Shown here piece by piece: positions 61,421 through 64,000 of a stretch of 64,000 bases of DNA. Source of the DNA: Styela clava. Its lineage: Eukaryota. A program made the translations under genes and the position numbers. Location: the NCBI RefSeq assembly GCF_964204865.1, contig NW_027556593.1:1-64000 (forward strand). Direction: 5' to 3'. The first letter of the stretch is position 1, and the number at the start of each line of letters is the position of its first letter. The notes beneath the pieces were generated by a model. It did not search any database. It was not told the DNA's origin and saw nothing but the letters and a program-made list of their open reading frames with translations.

Positions 61421-62189
61421 TTTTTTTGTTCTCCGTTCTTTTATTTATTATACACTGATAACAATATAAATTGTATCTTTTTCTACCTGTAAAACTTTCA
61501 GGTGTTTTTAATTCTGTATTTTCGAGGTTTTTATCTTCCGTGTGTTCAGCATCAAGATTGTTTCCACATTTACATTTATTGTACGGAATGTCAGTGAAAT
61601 AATGACTTCTTTCTTTTAAAAAATCAATAATTGCTGTTTCATCTCGAAAAATACAGCTATATTTGTTAATCATAATATATGTAATTGATACTCCTCTCGA
61701 AAGTAAAAAACGAAAAATCATTAACACGTCATCCATTAAATGGTTGAAAAAACCTAATTCTTCAAACACAACCATTTTTATATTTTTGGGTTTTTTAATG
61801 AATTTCGTGATTCAATCGTATTCGCTTCCAAATTCGAAAAATAAAGATTTATTTGAAACCGATAATGATTGTCCCATATCCCACAAGAAACAATTTTTTT
61901 CAATTTTTGAAAACTCTTCGTGGCTTAATAATGATGTACTTAATTTACACACATTGTATTTATCGTAATTGTCTGTTGGTCGAATTGATTCTTCCGGTAC
62001 TACATATAGTATTTCATCAGGTTTTAGAAAACTATCCAGTCATTTCTTGACATTTGTGGTTTTTCCGGTTTTCATTGCTCCGAAAACACCAAACATTAAT
62101 CCAGTTTCGAAACGTACTGCGTCTTCTTCGAAATCAAATCATTTCCGATCATCATTTCGGTTTCATTTAATTATATTACTTTTTTTCAT
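61413..62189 (-). CDS. Divergent thymidine kinase-like protein, copy 2
   Basis: Allele of 16067-16843. Confidence 0.7.
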
Positions 62190-62830
62190 ATTTCTCCTCA
62201 AAGCTCCTTATCTTGGGTTGTTTTCCTATATATTGTAACTTTTTCTATTTGTTGTTTAACGGCGTAACCACCTTTAGCGTTGAAAAAATCGAATGTTTTT
62301 CGAAACGCAGAACGTATTAGATTAACGTACTTTTTATCAAGGCATTTTTCGTCGTAATTGTTTGTTGGTTTTCGAATTGTTGCTCGACGCATTATTTCAG
62401 TCGTAGGACAATCGAGAAAATGAATTTCATCAGGGAAATAATCATCTAAAATAGTTTCGTTATATAATCCTAATAATTCGTGTTCATTAATTGTTTTGTC
62501 TCCACCGAAAACTTGATAAGCATAAGTACTAAAAATGTATCGATCACAAATAACAACATCGTATTTTTTCAATTGTGGTTTGATATATTTCATAAATAAT
62601 TCTCATCCAATTCCGATAAACAAAACTGCTTTAGTTCGTGAACTAATATCTAGTTTATCATTGAAAAAGATTTTATTTGCCATAATGCGTCCAAATTTTA
62701 TACCTTTTGGTTCGCATGTTGTAAGTACTTTCAATCCTTCTTTTTTTAATTCTTTTTTTAATTTTTTAATATATGTTGTTTTACCAGAATAATCAATTCC
62801 TTCGACAACAATAAATTTTCCTTTTTTCAT
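62171..62830 (-). CDS. tmk: Thymidylate kinase, copy 2
   Basis: Allele of 16825-17484. Confidence 0.92.
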
Positions 62831-62833
62831 TTT

Positions 62834-63496
62834 TTACATGTTCTCCTTTCGTATCACTATTGGTACTGCTTGTCCTTTCAGTTCAATAACAATGTGGTCT
62901 CCAACCTTGTATCCTTGTTTATTTGTTGATAAATTAACTTTCTTAGCGAAAATTTCATTCAACTTAACAGGGTGGTTTAATCATGCTATATAACTTATTT
63001 TACCAGTTTTTTTTCCAAATTGTGTAGTTATTTTTTTGATTGTTGCACACGCCGTCGGTCCTGGTAATTTGAACGCGTATTTACGCTCGATAATAATACC
63101 GTCAATAGGATAATCAATTTGTTTTTGTTGTTCGATGTAATCATTTAACTCATCAATTTTTATTGTTTTTTCAACATTTTTATAATTAATGAAATCAATT
63201 AAATTATGTCGTTCCACTTTTTGCTTCCTATTAAGAAGACCAACAACGTCTCTTCGTGTCCCATTTTCTTTTTTCATAACAAGTTCGCCCCAGCCGACTT
63301 CCAATATTCCTTCTATGGAAAAAGTTGTTATTTCTGATCAAGAACGGCAAACAATTAACTTATTGGTAGAAGCATCATAAAATGCTCCCACCCCATCAAG
63401 TTTTGGACTCACCACTATTGTTTTAGCGTGTGGTGCCAATTTAAATAAAATGTCTTCTAAGTTTCAAAATTTTTTTAACGTTTTATTATTTATCAT
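62834..63496 (-). CDS. Minimal NAD+-type DNA ligase (220 aa, intact)
   Basis: KLDG, GEL, DGIII, AFK, then a LigA-like OB fold (QFGKKTGKI...PV.L...VGD...GQAVP). Confidence 0.8.
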
Positions 63497-63842
63497 TTTG
63501 CAATTCTTCTAGTTTGATAATATGAAAACTCAATAATCGCTTCATCATTTCACAATGTAAAATATAACTAATTGATTCTTCTATATCTTCTAATAATATA
63601 TGTTGTGAAGTATCTATATATGTTTCTCTTATTTTGATATCCAACTCGCTATATTTTTTAAATAAACTTTTGAGACCTTTAACATTTATTTTTTTAGTAT
63701 ATATTTTATATATTATCGTGTCTTCGATTATTCTATATTCTGAATTTTCGTTCCCATCAAAAAATCTGTAGGAAAAATATATTTCACTTTTTCTCTCCTT
63801 GTAGAAATATTTTTCATGTTCTAATTTGTCTCAATGATTCAT
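63486..63842 (-). CDS. Hypothetical protein, copy 2
   Basis: Allele of 18140-18496. Confidence 0.55.
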
Positions 63843-64000
63843 TTATTTTGTGATATATCCTTTTTTAATTGCGTTTATCTCTCTTACTTTTTCATACGCT
63901 TCTTTTAGCGAGATTTTGAATATTTTAGCAATGGCTTCTGCGTCAGTACACAAAGCACCAAGGTTTAAAACATCATTAATTAGTTCTAAACCAATATATT

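Larger units (their letters stand above)
45314..64000. repeat. Second, diverged partial copy of the phage unit (matches 1-~18650)
   Basis: Colinear near-identical sequence; offset 45313, then 45319, then 45346 because of small indels. Confidence 0.97.

Noticed and set aside
1-64000. Widespread pseudogenisation suggested by the fragmented ORF track
   Set aside because: The fragments are in frame and separated by TGA, which is Trp in this code

Overview
AT-rich tailed-phage genome of a Mollicutes-type host (genetic code 4, TGA=Trp), present as about 1.4 head-to-tail copies. The unit is ~45.3 kb: 1-~18650 recurs, slightly diverged, at 45314-64000, and there is an N gap at 29169-29540. The supplied ORF track is broken at every TGA, so I re-read the genes in code 4. 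Plus-strand late module: tRNA-His, scaffold, major capsid, a 2597-aa adaptor-like protein with repeats, membrane proteins, portal, a 1656-aa tail-like protein, TerS and TerL. Minus-strand early/middle module: acidic early proteins behind sigma-A promoters, a string of translationally coupled small genes, a 417-aa alanyl-tRNA synthetase without an editing domain, two thymidine-kinase homologs, a tmRNA followed by 9 tRNAs (including Trp-UCA and Ile-UAU), a minimal NAD-type ligase, Tmk, a putative SSB, an SF3 helicase, a family-B polymerase fused to a primase-like/Zn-finger domain, and a PD-(D/E)XK nuclease. The most notable candidate system is a phage-encoded ribosome-rescue module: a compact tmRNA with no room for PK1 and a non-canonical tag, plus a phage mini-AlaRS. 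The tmRNA is the only Ala acceptor I found in the genome. I recognised no integrase, repressor, endolysin or SmpB. All assignments come from reading motifs by eye; no searches were run.
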